55,287 nucleotides of DNA from Limisphaerales bacterium (GCA_046595315.1 JBKJOZ010000377.1:1-55287), one strand, 5' to 3'. Positions 27,284-36,346 are shown, counted from the stretch's first letter. Notes: generated from the sequence alone by a model not told the origin. Translations and numbers: made by a program.

Positions 27284-30200
27284 ATGCTCAATCCTACATT
27301 TTCACGGAAAATCGCTTTGGCATTCAGTATTTTTTGTTTCGCCATTCACTTTCCCGTCTTGGGCCAAGGCAGCCCCGATATTATTTGGAAACAGCAGGTC
27401 AACATCGATCGCGTCAATAGCGTGATTTTTACTCCGGACGGACAAACCGTGATTTCAGGTGGATCGGATCGGTTGATTCATTTCTGGCGCGCTTCCGATG
27501 GAGTATTGATGCAAACGTTGAACACCAATGCGCCCTTCGTGCATGAAAGTGCCATCGAATGGTTGAGCATCAGCCGAGACGCCAGTCTGCTGGCTTCGTG
27601 CAGTTACAAACTGATTCAACTCTGGGATTTGCCCAGCGGAACAATGCGGCGGCTCAATGGCCATACTGACTGGGTTGTCGCCGTGGCATTCTCACCCGCA
27701 GGAAATTTTCTGGCCTCGGCAAGTTTCGATACCACCGTCCGCATCTGGAATCCGACCGACGGTTCACTAATAAAAACAATCACTGGCACGGGCCAACAGC
27801 GTTGCGTCGCTTTTTCTCCGGACGGTTCTTTGTTGGCGGCAGCCAGTGGCGCGAACGTCGTGCGAGTTTTCCGCACTTCGGATTGGACCCTGGTCAACAC
27901 TTTGACCGGACATACGGATGACGTTTTCACCTGCGCATTTTCGCCCGATGGAAGCATGATTGCCTCGGGCGGCTACGACGACAGCGTCAAATTGTGGAAT
28001 GTGGCCGACGGCTTGTTGAAATATACTTTCAGCGGCAATGGAGGAAATATTTACGGCCTCGCGTTTACGTCAGACGGATCAAAATTGGCTTACACCGATG
28101 GCGAGGGCAACACGGTAAAAATTTACAGCACGGCGGACGGCGCATTGCTCAGAAAGTTCACCGATGAAGTTAATAACGTGCAAACCGTCGCCTTCTCGCC
28201 GGACGGTTTGTTGGCCTATGGGCGTGTTGATACCACTGTAGTTCTGGCGCGAATTACCGGCTCAACTTCGGCGCGGATCACCAGCCCAAGCAGCGGGAGA
28301 ATTTACAATTCCCCGGCGAACATTGCGATTGCCGCCGCCCCGAGCAAAAACGATGGCAGCATCACAAAAATGGAATTTTTCCAGAACGGCACGAAGATCG
28401 GCGAAGATCTCGCTCCACCCTTTTCCTTCACCTGGACGGCGGTGGGCCCTGGAACTTACACATTGACGGCCGTGGATACCGATAACTTGGGGGCCACCAC
28501 CACTTCCGGCCCAGTCACAATAAATGTGGTTGATCAAACCAATACTCCACCCACTCCACCCGCAATTTCCATCACGAGCCCTCGAAATAACGCGACCTTT
28601 TCCGCTGGCAGCGCCATCACCATTTCGGCTAGCGCAACGGCCGGAGCGGGCATAGCTACAGTCGAATTTTTTCAGAACGGATTTAGTCTTGGCGAAGCCA
28701 CCCGCACCCCGTTTTCGTTCCGTTGGGATTCAGTGCCCACCGGAAATTATTCTTTAACCGCCATCGTCACCGATAATGCCGGAGCGACTGCAACAGCGTC
28801 CCCAATCGACATTTCGGTTTCCGAGGCATCTCCAGAAACGGTCAAACCACAGGTTACAATTACTTCCCCAGAAGCCGGCGCGCGGTTGAGCACGCGCGAT
28901 ATGCTCTTAACCGGTTCTGCGAGTGACAACGTTGGTGTAGCGCAAGTTTTGTATTCTTTAAACGGTGCTCCATTTGTCGCCGCAGATGGAGCAGAAAATT
29001 GGGAATCCACCATCACATTGGAGCCTGGTGAAAACCTCATCCAGGTAAAGAGCGTGGATGTCACCGGAAACGAATCCATCATCGTTTCGCGAAAATTCAG
29101 TTACATCATTTCCGGTTTGCTGAGCTTGCAAATCAACGGGCTGGGAACCATCCGCCCATTGCGCGACGGCCAGTCTTTGGAAGTTGGAAAAACTTATTCC
29201 ATTAGTGCTGTTCCCGCCCGCGACCAGGTTTTCGACGGCTGGACCGGGAGCATCGTCACCAATGCAATTGCTTTTTCCTTCACCATGATTTCGAACATGA
29301 ATTTCACGGCCACGTTTGTTCCAAATCCCTTCGCCGCAGTGAAAGGCACCTACGCTGGTCTGGTTCAACCATCGACGCCTAATCACGAACGCACCGGATT
29401 TTTTCAAATGAAAACGACTTCTTCTGGCGGGTTTAGTGGAAAAATAATCATTGGCGGAAAAAATCATTCGCTTCGCGGAAAATTTACCGGCGATGGAAAA
29501 TTTAGCGGAACCAATCCTGAATCGGGTTTGGACCTCAGGTTGCAGCTCGATCTAACCAACGGCACCGATCAAATTACCGGATCCCTTTTCGACGGAATTT
29601 CCACTGCGGCAATCGTGGCAGACCGATCCGTTTTTTCGAATTTTAACCCAGCGCCGCAAGCTGGATCCTACACCATTTTGATTCCACCCAATCCGGCACA
29701 ACCCGATTCGCCGCAAGGAAATGGCTTCGGTATTTTGAAGGTCGCCACTGCGGGAACTCTGCGCATCTCCGGCGCGCTGGCCGACGGAACGCCCTATACT
29801 CAAAGCACCTTCATTTCAAAAAATTCAACCTGGCCATTTTATGTGGCGAGCTATCGCAGCCAGGGTTCCATTTCAGGGTCGCTTAAATTTCGCGATCAAC
29901 CCGGTGTGAGCGACCTCGATGGAGCAGTCAACTGGTTCCGGGCGTCCAGCTCCACCGCAAAAATTTTCGCCGGGGGCTTTGATTCAGAAACGACTTTGAT
30001 TGGCTCTGGATATACCAAGCCTTCCGGCGCGCCTGTTTTGTCGGTGCCCGCCGGAGAAGGTAACGTATTGCTAAACTTCGGGGACGGAAATTTGGAATCG
30101 GAACTGCAACATCCCGCCACGCTCGAAGCGAACAACAAATTTGTGATCAACCAGGCCAGCAACGAAAAAATTCGCGTGAGCATTTCTGCGGTTTCGGGCT

Positions 30201-30463
30201 CGCTAAAAGGTTCGTTTGTCCATCCGGTCACCGGTAGGCCCACCAACCACCGCGGCGTCGTTTTTCAAAAACAAAATTTGGCAGAAGGCTATTTTCTCGG
30301 AGATTCGCAAGCTGGCTTTGTTTCCGTCGTCCCGGCTGATGAAAGTTCCCGCCCATCAACACCTCCCCCTGACGATGTGATTCCGATTCCGGATCCGATC
30401 CTACCAGACATCACTCCCACCGAACCCATTCCAAAGAAAAGAAAAGGCCATTCAAATGATTAA
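27284..30463 (+). CDS. Secreted multidomain protein: signal peptide, 7-bladed WD40 propeller, tandem Ig-like domains, InlB-B-repeat-like domain, large unassigned C-terminal region, Pro-rich tail
   Basis: 1059 aa with signal peptide IALAFSIFCFAIHFPVLGQG. Seven WD-like blades are visible (for example GHTDWVVAVAFSPAGNFLASASFDTTVRIWN and GHTDDVFTCAFSPDGSMIASGGYDDSVKLWN). There are two homologous ~90-aa Ig-like repeats (..EFFQNGTKIGEDLAPPFSFTW.. and ..EFFQNGFSLGEATRTPFSFRW..), then VFDGWTGS. Confidence 0.8.
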   Translation: MLNPTFSRKIALAFSIFCFAIHFPVLGQGSPDIIWKQQVNIDRVNSVIFTPDGQTVISGGSDRLIHFWRASDGVLMQTLNTNAPFVHESAIEWLSISRDASLLASCSYKLIQLWDLPSGTMRRLNGHTDWVVAVAFSPAGNFLASASFDTTVRIWNPTDGSLIKTITGTGQQRCVAFSPDGSLLAAASGANVVRVFRTSDWTLVNTLTGHTDDVFTCAFSPDGSMIASGGYDDSVKLWNVADGLLKYTFSGNGGNIYGLAFTSDGSKLAYTDGEGNTVKIYSTADGALLRKFTDEVNNVQTVAFSPDGLLAYGRVDTTVVLARITGSTSARITSPSSGRIYNSPANIAIAAAPSKNDGSITKMEFFQNGTKIGEDLAPPFSFTWTAVGPGTYTLTAVDTDNLGATTTSGPVTINVVDQTNTPPTPPAISITSPRNNATFSAGSAITISASATAGAGIATVEFFQNGFSLGEATRTPFSFRWDSVPTGNYSLTAIVTDNAGATATASPIDISVSEASPETVKPQVTITSPEAGARLSTRDMLLTGSASDNVGVAQVLYSLNGAPFVAADGAENWESTITLEPGENLIQVKSVDVTGNESIIVSRKFSYIISGLLSLQINGLGTIRPLRDGQSLEVGKTYSISAVPARDQVFDGWTGSIVTNAIAFSFTMISNMNFTATFVPNPFAAVKGTYAGLVQPSTPNHERTGFFQMKTTSSGGFSGKIIIGGKNHSLRGKFTGDGKFSGTNPESGLDLRLQLDLTNGTDQITGSLFDGISTAAIVADRSVFSNFNPAPQAGSYTILIPPNPAQPDSPQGNGFGILKVATAGTLRISGALADGTPYTQSTFISKNSTWPFYVASYRSQGSISGSLKFRDQPGVSDLDGAVNWFRASSSTAKIFAGGFDSETTLIGSGYTKPSGAPVLSVPAGEGNVLLNFGDGNLESELQHPATLEANNKFVINQASNEKIRVSISAVSGSLKGSFVHPVTGRPTNHRGVVFQKQNLAEGYFLGDSQAGFVSVVPADESSRPSTPPPDDVIPIPDPILPDITPTEPIPKKRKGHSND

Positions 30464-30515
30464 CTCTCGCCGTTTCCAATTGCCATTCCATCGCAGTTAA
30501 AATTGGAAAAGTTTT

Positions 30516-33155
30516 ATGATCCGGTTTAAAATTTTTTGCTGCATTTTAATCTTACTTTCCCCTGCCCGCTTTTTTGCCTCAGACCTTCGAACCACCAACG
30601 AAAATTTTTCAGCAATGCCAGAAATCGGTTCACACGGATTGAGAATTCTCTCCTCAAATTTGCTCGAACTGACTTTGATCACCACAAAAACGCCTGACCC
30701 GGCGCGGGTTTCTCAATGGGATTTTATAGGCAACGATTCGCAGCTAAATCTTCCCGCCACCGATCAATTTGTTGTGACTGCGGGAACCAACCGAATCGCT
30801 GTGGAGAAAATCGGATTCAAACGCCGACCAATTTTTGCGCCACTCAAAAAACGCGATCTACGGATCGGAAATTATCTGTACCTGCGATTGGCGAACTCCA
30901 TTCCCAGCGGAGAAATAGTCGAAGTCAAAACAGCGACACCAAAACTTTGGCCACTGACAACGCGATTTGTCGCGCGCGCCGATCCGTTGCGTTGGAGTCC
31001 CGCCATCCACGTGAACCAGGAAGGATACGCGCCCGGGTTCGTGAAAAAAGCGATGGTTGGTTTTTTTCTCGGCAGCCTCGGTGAAATGGAAATCGATCCC
31101 CAGAGCAGCTTCAAATTGATTGAAGCAAATTCCGACAAATCAGTTTTTTCCGGCAAATTGATTCTGCGAAACGATGTCGGTTTCAGCTATCAAGTCATGC
31201 CATATCAACAGGTTTATGTTGCGGATTTTTCTGAGTTCAAGGAACCCGGAGAATATCGAATTCAAATTCCCGGATTGGGGGTGTCGTTTCCCTTTCGAAT
31301 TGACGACGGAATGGCCGCAAACTTTGCGCGCACTTACGCACTGGGCCTTTACCACCAGCGTTGCGGCGGCCCGAATGAACTCCCATTTACCAGATTCACG
31401 CACCGCGCTTGCCACGTCCGATTAGCAGAAATTCCCAACCGAACATTTGAGACGGTTAACGAAGTTTTGGAAAAAGAAACCGGCGATTTTTCCAGCAATC
31501 CGCGCCACACCGCGCCCCAATTGAAAAGCGTCGATGCCAGCCTTTATCCCTTCGTGAACAAAGGAAAAATTGACGTTTCCGGCGGGCATCACGACGCCGG
31601 CGATTACAGCAAATACACGATCAATTCCGCTCAATTAATTCACACGCTGGTTTTCGCGGCCGATTGTTTTCAAGGCGTCGGCGCGCTTGATAATTTGGGA
31701 ATTCCCGAAAGCGGCGACGGCAAAAGTGATTTGCTGCAACTAGCAAAATGGGAAGCCGATTTTGTCGCAAAAATGCAGGATGCCGACGGCGGATTCTATT
31801 TTTTAGTTTATCCGCGCGACCGCCAATATGAACACGACGTTTTGCCGGATAAAGGCGATCCGCAAGTCGTGTTTCCAAAAACAACTTCGGCCACAGCCGC
31901 AGCCGTGGCGGCGCTGGCGCAAACAGCTTCGTCACCACTGTTCAAACAACAATTTCCAGAAGCGGCGACCAATTATTTGGCCAAGGCGAAAAAGGGCTGG
32001 GCGTTTTTGGAACGGGCCATTGCCAAAAATGGACGAGATGGAAGTTATCAAAAAATCACCCATTACGGCGACGAGTTTATGCACGACGACGAACTGGTCT
32101 GGGCAGCGACGGAACTGTTTTTGGCGACGGGTGATAAAAAATTTGAGAAGGAGGTCCTCGAACATTTCAAACCCAACGATCGCGAAACCAAACGCTGGAC
32201 CTGGTGGAGATTATTTGAGTCCTACGGTTGCGCCACTCGTAGTTACGCTTTCGCGGAAAAATCAAAACGCTTACGAAGTGATCAGTTGGATACAAATTTT
32301 TTCCAACGGTGCGAAGCGGAAATTATTTCGGCAGCCCAAGACCAACTACGTTACTCGACCGAGAGCGCCTATGGATCGAGTTTTCCTTCGGAAAGTAAAC
32401 GCTTTCGCAACGCGGGTTGGTTTTTCTCCACTGACCGTGCCTTCGAGCTGGCCACGGCCTGCCAAATCGATTTTCCCAGCCTCAACGATCCACGACCCCA
32501 TTTCATGGAGGCGATTGTGGCCAACATCAATTACGAGGCGGGCTGCAATCCAGTGAACGTCAGTTACGTCACCGGCCTCGGCTGGCAACGTCCGCGCGAA
32601 ATGGTTCACCACTACGCCCAAAATGATTGGAGAGTTTTGCCGCCATCAGGGTTGGCGTTTGGAAATATCCAGGAAGGTTTTCCATATCTGGAACCGTATC
32701 AAAAAGAATTGGGCGCGCTGACTTTTCCGTCAGATGGCGACCAGAATAATCCCACACCGTTTTACGATCGTTGGGGGGATACGTTCAACACCTCGACAGA
32801 ATTTGTTTCGCCTAATATCGCGCGCAGCTTGGCCACCACCGCATTTGTGATGGCTCAAACTTCCACGGCGGGTCAAAAATGGAAATCTGCGCCGGCAAAA
32901 ATCGTCGTGTTTCCTGAGACGATTGCCGCTGGAAAAAAAGCGACGGCTGAAATCCAAGTTGTCGGGTTGGATATTAAAACCGCTCGAGTGGTCTGGGAAA
33001 TTCAAGGCCAGGAACCGGTCACCGTTCGGGGCAAGAAATTTTTGCAATTTACCCCGCAAAACCGGGGAAATACTTTGATCGAAGCAGAAATTCAGTTTCC
33101 CGACGGCCGCCGACTCCACGCTGCAAGCTTTCTCACGGTGACGTCGGGAAACTAG
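30516..33155 (+). CDS. Secreted glycoside hydrolase family 9 (endo-beta-1,4-glucanase-like) with N-terminal Ig-like and C-terminal beta-sandwich domains
   Basis: 879 aa with signal peptide CCILILLSPARFFA. GH9 hallmarks are DVSGGHHDAGDYSKYT, DELVWAATELFLATGD and NYEAGCNPVNVSYVTGLG, plus a distal candidate catalytic Glu (NTSTEFVSPNIA). Confidence 0.85.
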   Translation: MIRFKIFCCILILLSPARFFASDLRTTNENFSAMPEIGSHGLRILSSNLLELTLITTKTPDPARVSQWDFIGNDSQLNLPATDQFVVTAGTNRIAVEKIGFKRRPIFAPLKKRDLRIGNYLYLRLANSIPSGEIVEVKTATPKLWPLTTRFVARADPLRWSPAIHVNQEGYAPGFVKKAMVGFFLGSLGEMEIDPQSSFKLIEANSDKSVFSGKLILRNDVGFSYQVMPYQQVYVADFSEFKEPGEYRIQIPGLGVSFPFRIDDGMAANFARTYALGLYHQRCGGPNELPFTRFTHRACHVRLAEIPNRTFETVNEVLEKETGDFSSNPRHTAPQLKSVDASLYPFVNKGKIDVSGGHHDAGDYSKYTINSAQLIHTLVFAADCFQGVGALDNLGIPESGDGKSDLLQLAKWEADFVAKMQDADGGFYFLVYPRDRQYEHDVLPDKGDPQVVFPKTTSATAAAVAALAQTASSPLFKQQFPEAATNYLAKAKKGWAFLERAIAKNGRDGSYQKITHYGDEFMHDDELVWAATELFLATGDKKFEKEVLEHFKPNDRETKRWTWWRLFESYGCATRSYAFAEKSKRLRSDQLDTNFFQRCEAEIISAAQDQLRYSTESAYGSSFPSESKRFRNAGWFFSTDRAFELATACQIDFPSLNDPRPHFMEAIVANINYEAGCNPVNVSYVTGLGWQRPREMVHHYAQNDWRVLPPSGLAFGNIQEGFPYLEPYQKELGALTFPSDGDQNNPTPFYDRWGDTFNTSTEFVSPNIARSLATTAFVMAQTSTAGQKWKSAPAKIVVFPETIAAGKKATAEIQVVGLDIKTARVVWEIQGQEPVTVRGKKFLQFTPQNRGNTLIEAEIQFPDGRRLHAASFLTVTSGN

Positions 33156-33166
33156 CCAACCCACTA

Positions 33167-33427
33167 TCAGCGACTTCGCTCTGCTCCCGCTGCGTCATAA
33201 ATCCTGGGACCGCTGCTGGGCACTTCAACAACCTGGCGGGAAGTTTGACGATCAATACCCGTTCCAAACTCCGGATGAGTATCAGCTCGGCGTTTGGTTA
33301 GATCCACCGGACGCATATCTGTTCTGGTCACAGCGTAATCGTTGTTTGGCGATGCACATCCCGCCCAAAGCAACGATCCAAACGTCGCTGCCACGACTAA
33401 TCTCACGAGCTTTATTTTGGTATTCAT
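33167..33427 (-). CDS. Small lipoprotein
   Basis: 86 aa with signal peptide and lipobox (VVAATFGSLLWAGC|ASP). No family was recognised. Confidence 0.6.
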   Translation of the reverse strand: MNTKIKLVRLVVAATFGSLLWAGCASPNNDYAVTRTDMRPVDLTKRRADTHPEFGTGIDRQTSRQVVEVPSSGPRIYDAAGAERSR

Positions 33428-33683
33428 ATGTTTAACGCTAATTGATTCAAAAGGGTCGGCAATCAGTGGAAATCCTGCATTTTTTGAACAGTGACATCAC
33501 TTTTTCAGTCATGGAAAAACTGGAACTTTACTAAGTGTTCTCTGAATACTGTCTTGCTGGTTTTCATGGGTGTTCTGTTTTAAGACACCGAAGGACAAGT
33601 TGGCATTCAAAGATGGAATCAAACCGCAGCAAAACCGCCTATTAACGAAAAACTGCTGAATTGGCATCACCACTGCTCAACCA

Positions 33684-34220
33684 ATGGCGATGAGGTTTTC
33701 CATTAAGATTTTAGCAGCGGTATTGCTCATGGCTGGAATGTTTCTTCCCGTGGCTTCTACTAAGGCGATAACCCTCAGTGAGTTGCGGAACATTCCAAAA
33801 TTAACGCCTGAAAAATTCGCCGGTTACTTCGCTGATTTCGAATTCAAGTTTCATGATGAAGTCCAGGATCATGACACATTTCTGGCCACCAAATCCGGCG
33901 ATTGCGACGATTACGCAACGTTGGCGGCTGATATTTTGGGAAGGAACGGTTATACGACTCGCTTAATCGCCGTGCGGATGAAAGGCGAAACTCATGTCAT
34001 TTGCTACGTCAACGAAACGAAAAGTTATTTGGATTATAACTACCGCAAGGACCGGACGAAAACCATTCCAAGCAGTAATTCCATCACGGAAATTGCGCGA
34101 AAAGTGGCTCAATCATTCGAGCGCGACTGGGTTGCAACCTACCAGTTCACCTTCAGTGCCGGAGTGAAAAGATTGGTGCAATCCATCATCACAAATCGCG
34201 CGTCAGATAAAACGGGCTAG
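33684..34220 (+). CDS. Secreted transglutaminase-like cysteine peptidase-fold protein
   Basis: 178 aa with signal peptide ILAAVLLMAGMFLPVASTKA. A candidate Cys-His-Asp set is present: KSGDCDDYATLAADIL, GETHVICYV and YLDYN. Confidence 0.5.
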   Translation: MAMRFSIKILAAVLLMAGMFLPVASTKAITLSELRNIPKLTPEKFAGYFADFEFKFHDEVQDHDTFLATKSGDCDDYATLAADILGRNGYTTRLIAVRMKGETHVICYVNETKSYLDYNYRKDRTKTIPSSNSITEIARKVAQSFERDWVATYQFTFSAGVKRLVQSIITNRASDKTG

Positions 34221-34229
34221 AACGTTGGA

Positions 34230-34346
34230 TTAGGTGCAGCCTCGCAGGAGAAACAGCACCACCAGCACAGAGGTGGGAACTCCCAGAAGCCACAAGAAAG
34301 CCCATCCTGCTGCACCATCAATTTTTTTATTTAACTTCAGTTTCAT
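34230..34346 (-). CDS. Candidate 38-aa single-TM peptide (below ORF-track cutoff)
   Basis: My own translation is MKLKLNKKIDGAAGWAFLWLLGVPTSVLVVLFLLRGCT*. The ATG lies 15 nt after the PRC-barrel gene stop on the same strand, and the basic N-terminus is followed by one hydrophobic helix. No homology evidence. Confidence 0.35.
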   Translation of the reverse strand: MKLKLNKKIDGAAGWAFLWLLGVPTSVLVVLFLLRGCT

Positions 34347-34360
34347 ACTTCCTTTCGTTT

Positions 34361-35182
34361 TTAGTTTTTGTTGATTGCGGGAAGCGAAGGCAATGTTTCC
34401 AACTTAGTTTTCAACACGAATGATTTGTCGTCTTCAGCGCGCGTCAGGTCACTTGGAGTCACGGCGACCAATTTCTCACCCAAACCAAGAAAACCTCCCG
34501 AAGCCAACGCTGCGTAAACCACGCGGCCCGACTCCAGATCCACAGCCACATCTCTGATCTCACCAAGCCGAGTGTCCGCTACCCCTTTCACATCCATGCC
34601 CAACACGTCACTCCCTTTTAAAATTTTTCCTGGAACTAAATTGAATTCCGCGCCAGCCGCTTCGCGAATTTCCAGTCCGGGACGATTCACCGGAGTGACA
34701 CCGCTGGCCACCCCTTGAAAGTGCGCGCGGTTTTTGGCGACCGAATCACCTTTTGAAATTGTTTTCCGGTCCGCCACGGCGGGCCAATTATTCCGGTCCA
34801 TCCCCTGGGCTCTTTTCAACGATTCTTTGTCCGCATTCAAAACAAGTTTCTTGCCGTTCAAATCGACCTTCATGGAGGCTGAAGGCAATGGAATCAATTT
34901 TTCACCCAACCCTAAAAATCCGCCTGTGGAGAAGACCACGTAATTCAACTTTCCTGCAACGACATCCATCGCAATATCTTTTATTTCCCCGATTTTTTCC
35001 TGCTGCTGATTTACGACCTCCATTCCGATCAGCTCGCTGACCAGCGTCGGTTGTTTTCCTTCAGACACGAAAACGGTTTTAGTGGGAATATTTTGGTTGG
35101 TTTGAGCAGCAAGTTTTGTCGCGGCCACGACTGAAAAATAAGCCGCGCCCCCCAACAACAAAATCCATTTAAAGTTTCTCAT
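34361..35182 (-). CDS. Secreted protein with two PRC-barrel domains
   Basis: 273 aa with a signal peptide. It has two PRC-barrel-like repeats: LIGMEVVNQQQEKIGEIKDIAMDVVAGKLNYVVFSTGGFLGLGEKLIPLP and VLGMDVKGVADTRLGEIRDVAVDLESGRVVYAALASGGFLGLGEKLVAV. Confidence 0.8.
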   Translation of the reverse strand: MRNFKWILLLGGAAYFSVVAATKLAAQTNQNIPTKTVFVSEGKQPTLVSELIGMEVVNQQQEKIGEIKDIAMDVVAGKLNYVVFSTGGFLGLGEKLIPLPSASMKVDLNGKKLVLNADKESLKRAQGMDRNNWPAVADRKTISKGDSVAKNRAHFQGVASGVTPVNRPGLEIREAAGAEFNLVPGKILKGSDVLGMDVKGVADTRLGEIRDVAVDLESGRVVYAALASGGFLGLGEKLVAVTPSDLTRAEDDKSFVLKTKLETLPSLPAINKN

Positions 35183-35313
35183 TGGTCATCCTTGAGTGTT
35201 TGGAAAATCCAACCACTTCATTAATAAAAGGCAAATTTGGTAATCTGCAATCGGGCTATTTCCCGTTTTTTCTGAAGGTAAATCGGAGGAATGAGGATTG
35301 AGGTTTTTGCGAA

Positions 35314-35592
35314 TCAACGATGCTGAATATTTTTCCACAACCTGAAACCCAACGTGCAACCACTCCATAATTTAGCGATGCCGCTTTGTTTTTTGGTGGA
35401 GCGAAAAGGCGATAGAAGTGAAATTTTCAGTCTGGAAGCCACCTTGTAAAAACTATAGCCCCGATCAATCCACTCGGCGCCTTCCCGAAGATGACCCGCT
35501 TCCCCCTGCAACTCACGCCGATACAAATCGTTTTGTTTGATCAGCCGCGCCTTGCGGTTCTGGAGCCGTTTTAGTTCCGTCTTTGAAGCCAT
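35314..35592 (-). CDS. YqjK-like small protein
   Basis: 92 aa with an N-terminal basic coiled segment (LKRLQNRKARLIKQNDLYRRELQ). Its position after the YqjD/YqjE-like genes mirrors the E. coli yqjD-yqjE-yqjK order. It overlaps the upstream gene by 22 nt. Confidence 0.45.
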   Translation of the reverse strand: MASKTELKRLQNRKARLIKQNDLYRRELQGEAGHLREGAEWIDRGYSFYKVASRLKISLLSPFRSTKKQSGIAKLWSGCTLGFRLWKNIQHR

Positions 35593-35954
35593 GCGCGATC
35601 TTTTTTGAATTGAGCAATTGTTTCAGAAAAAGGAAGTGGAGCTGTCAAATGCCCTCGCAAAAAAAGAAATGCGGCTAGCGCACCAATTATACAAAACGCA
35701 AGCAGTCCGACCGCGACCCACAATCTTTGCTCCCACAAAAGAAATAAGACCGTGCACGAAATAGCGATCACCGCCATGAAGCTGGAAAATATACAGAGTG
35801 CGCCCCAAATCGCGACCGAGACCAGTCGAGATTTTTCTTCCTTCAATTCGATTGTCGCGAGTTCGATGCGATTTTTTACCATCGAAATACTCGTGTCCAA
35901 GGCGCGCCGCGCTGAGGCGAACAACCCTCCAAAAATAGATTCTAAATCAATCAT
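35571..35954 (-). CDS. YqjE-like / phage-holin-family (DUF1469-type) two-TM membrane protein
   Basis: 127 aa with two hydrophobic helices (VAIWGALCIFSSFMAVIAISCTVLFLLW and VAVGLLAFCIIGALAAFLFL). Its start overlaps the upstream stop (ATGA). Confidence 0.6.
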   Translation of the reverse strand: MIDLESIFGGLFASARRALDTSISMVKNRIELATIELKEEKSRLVSVAIWGALCIFSSFMAVIAISCTVLFLLWEQRLWVAVGLLAFCIIGALAAFLFLRGHLTAPLPFSETIAQFKKDRAWLQRRN

Positions 35955-36346
35955 GATTTTCGTTTAAGTAAAAACCCGGCCAGAAATCCCACACCCACGG
36001 CGATTCCAATGGCGCGATAAGGATTTTCGCGAATCACCTTGTCAGCTTGTTTTATTCCCTCCCCAGCGCGTTCTTCCAAATTGGCACAAGCTTCTTTAGC
36101 GTCGTCCAGCGCGACTTTCAAACGCTCTCGAACTTCACGGGTTTTCTCGGCGAGCTCCGCGCCGCTGGCCTTGATTAATTCCTCAGTGTCCTCAGCGACG
36201 AGCCGCAAATCATCCGCCAGCCGGGATTTGGCTTCTCGAAACCCGCTCAACTCATGTCCACCATTTCGTTTTGGCATAAATTTATTTTCCCCAATCTTAA
36301 GGAGAGTCAGGCCACTCGCAATCGGGTCGCTGAAGGCTTTTCGCAT
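35951..36346 (-). CDS. DUF883 (ElaB/YqjD/YgaM-like) tail-anchored stress protein
   Basis: The C-terminal anchor NPYRAIGIAVGVGFLAGFLLKRKS is typical of the family. The start is more likely ATG 36277 (108 aa) than 36346 (131 aa). Confidence 0.75.
   Translation of the reverse strand: MRKAFSDPIASGLTLLKIGENKFMPKRNGGHELSGFREAKSRLADDLRLVAEDTEELIKASGAELAEKTREVRERLKVALDDAKEACANLEERAGEGIKQADKVIRENPYRAIGIAVGVGFLAGFLLKRKS

Noticed and set aside
30386-30463. A possible PEP-CTERM sorting signal at the C-terminus of the WD40 protein (…PTEPIPKKRKGHSND).
   Set aside because: There is no hydrophobic transmembrane helix between the P-E-P-like tripeptide and the basic cluster, so it does not fit the PEP-CTERM architecture.
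31828-32556. A 242-aa same-strand, out-of-frame ORF inside the GH9 gene.
   Set aside because: It is R/W/P-rich with no recognisable motif, and the GH9 frame carries all the family signatures across this region.
33662-33677. A sigma-54-like -24/-12 element (TGGCAT-N6-TGCT with correct GG-to-GC spacing) upstream of the transglutaminase-like gene.
   Set aside because: It ends only 7 nt before the ATG at 33684, so the predicted transcription start would fall inside the coding region. It is a single partial match, and no enhancer-binding protein is encoded nearby.
35186-35368. A 60-aa minus-strand ORF overlapping the 3' end of the YqjK-like gene.
   Set aside because: It has no motif or signal and overlaps a better-supported frame. 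It lies in the likely promoter or leader region of the PRC-barrel gene.
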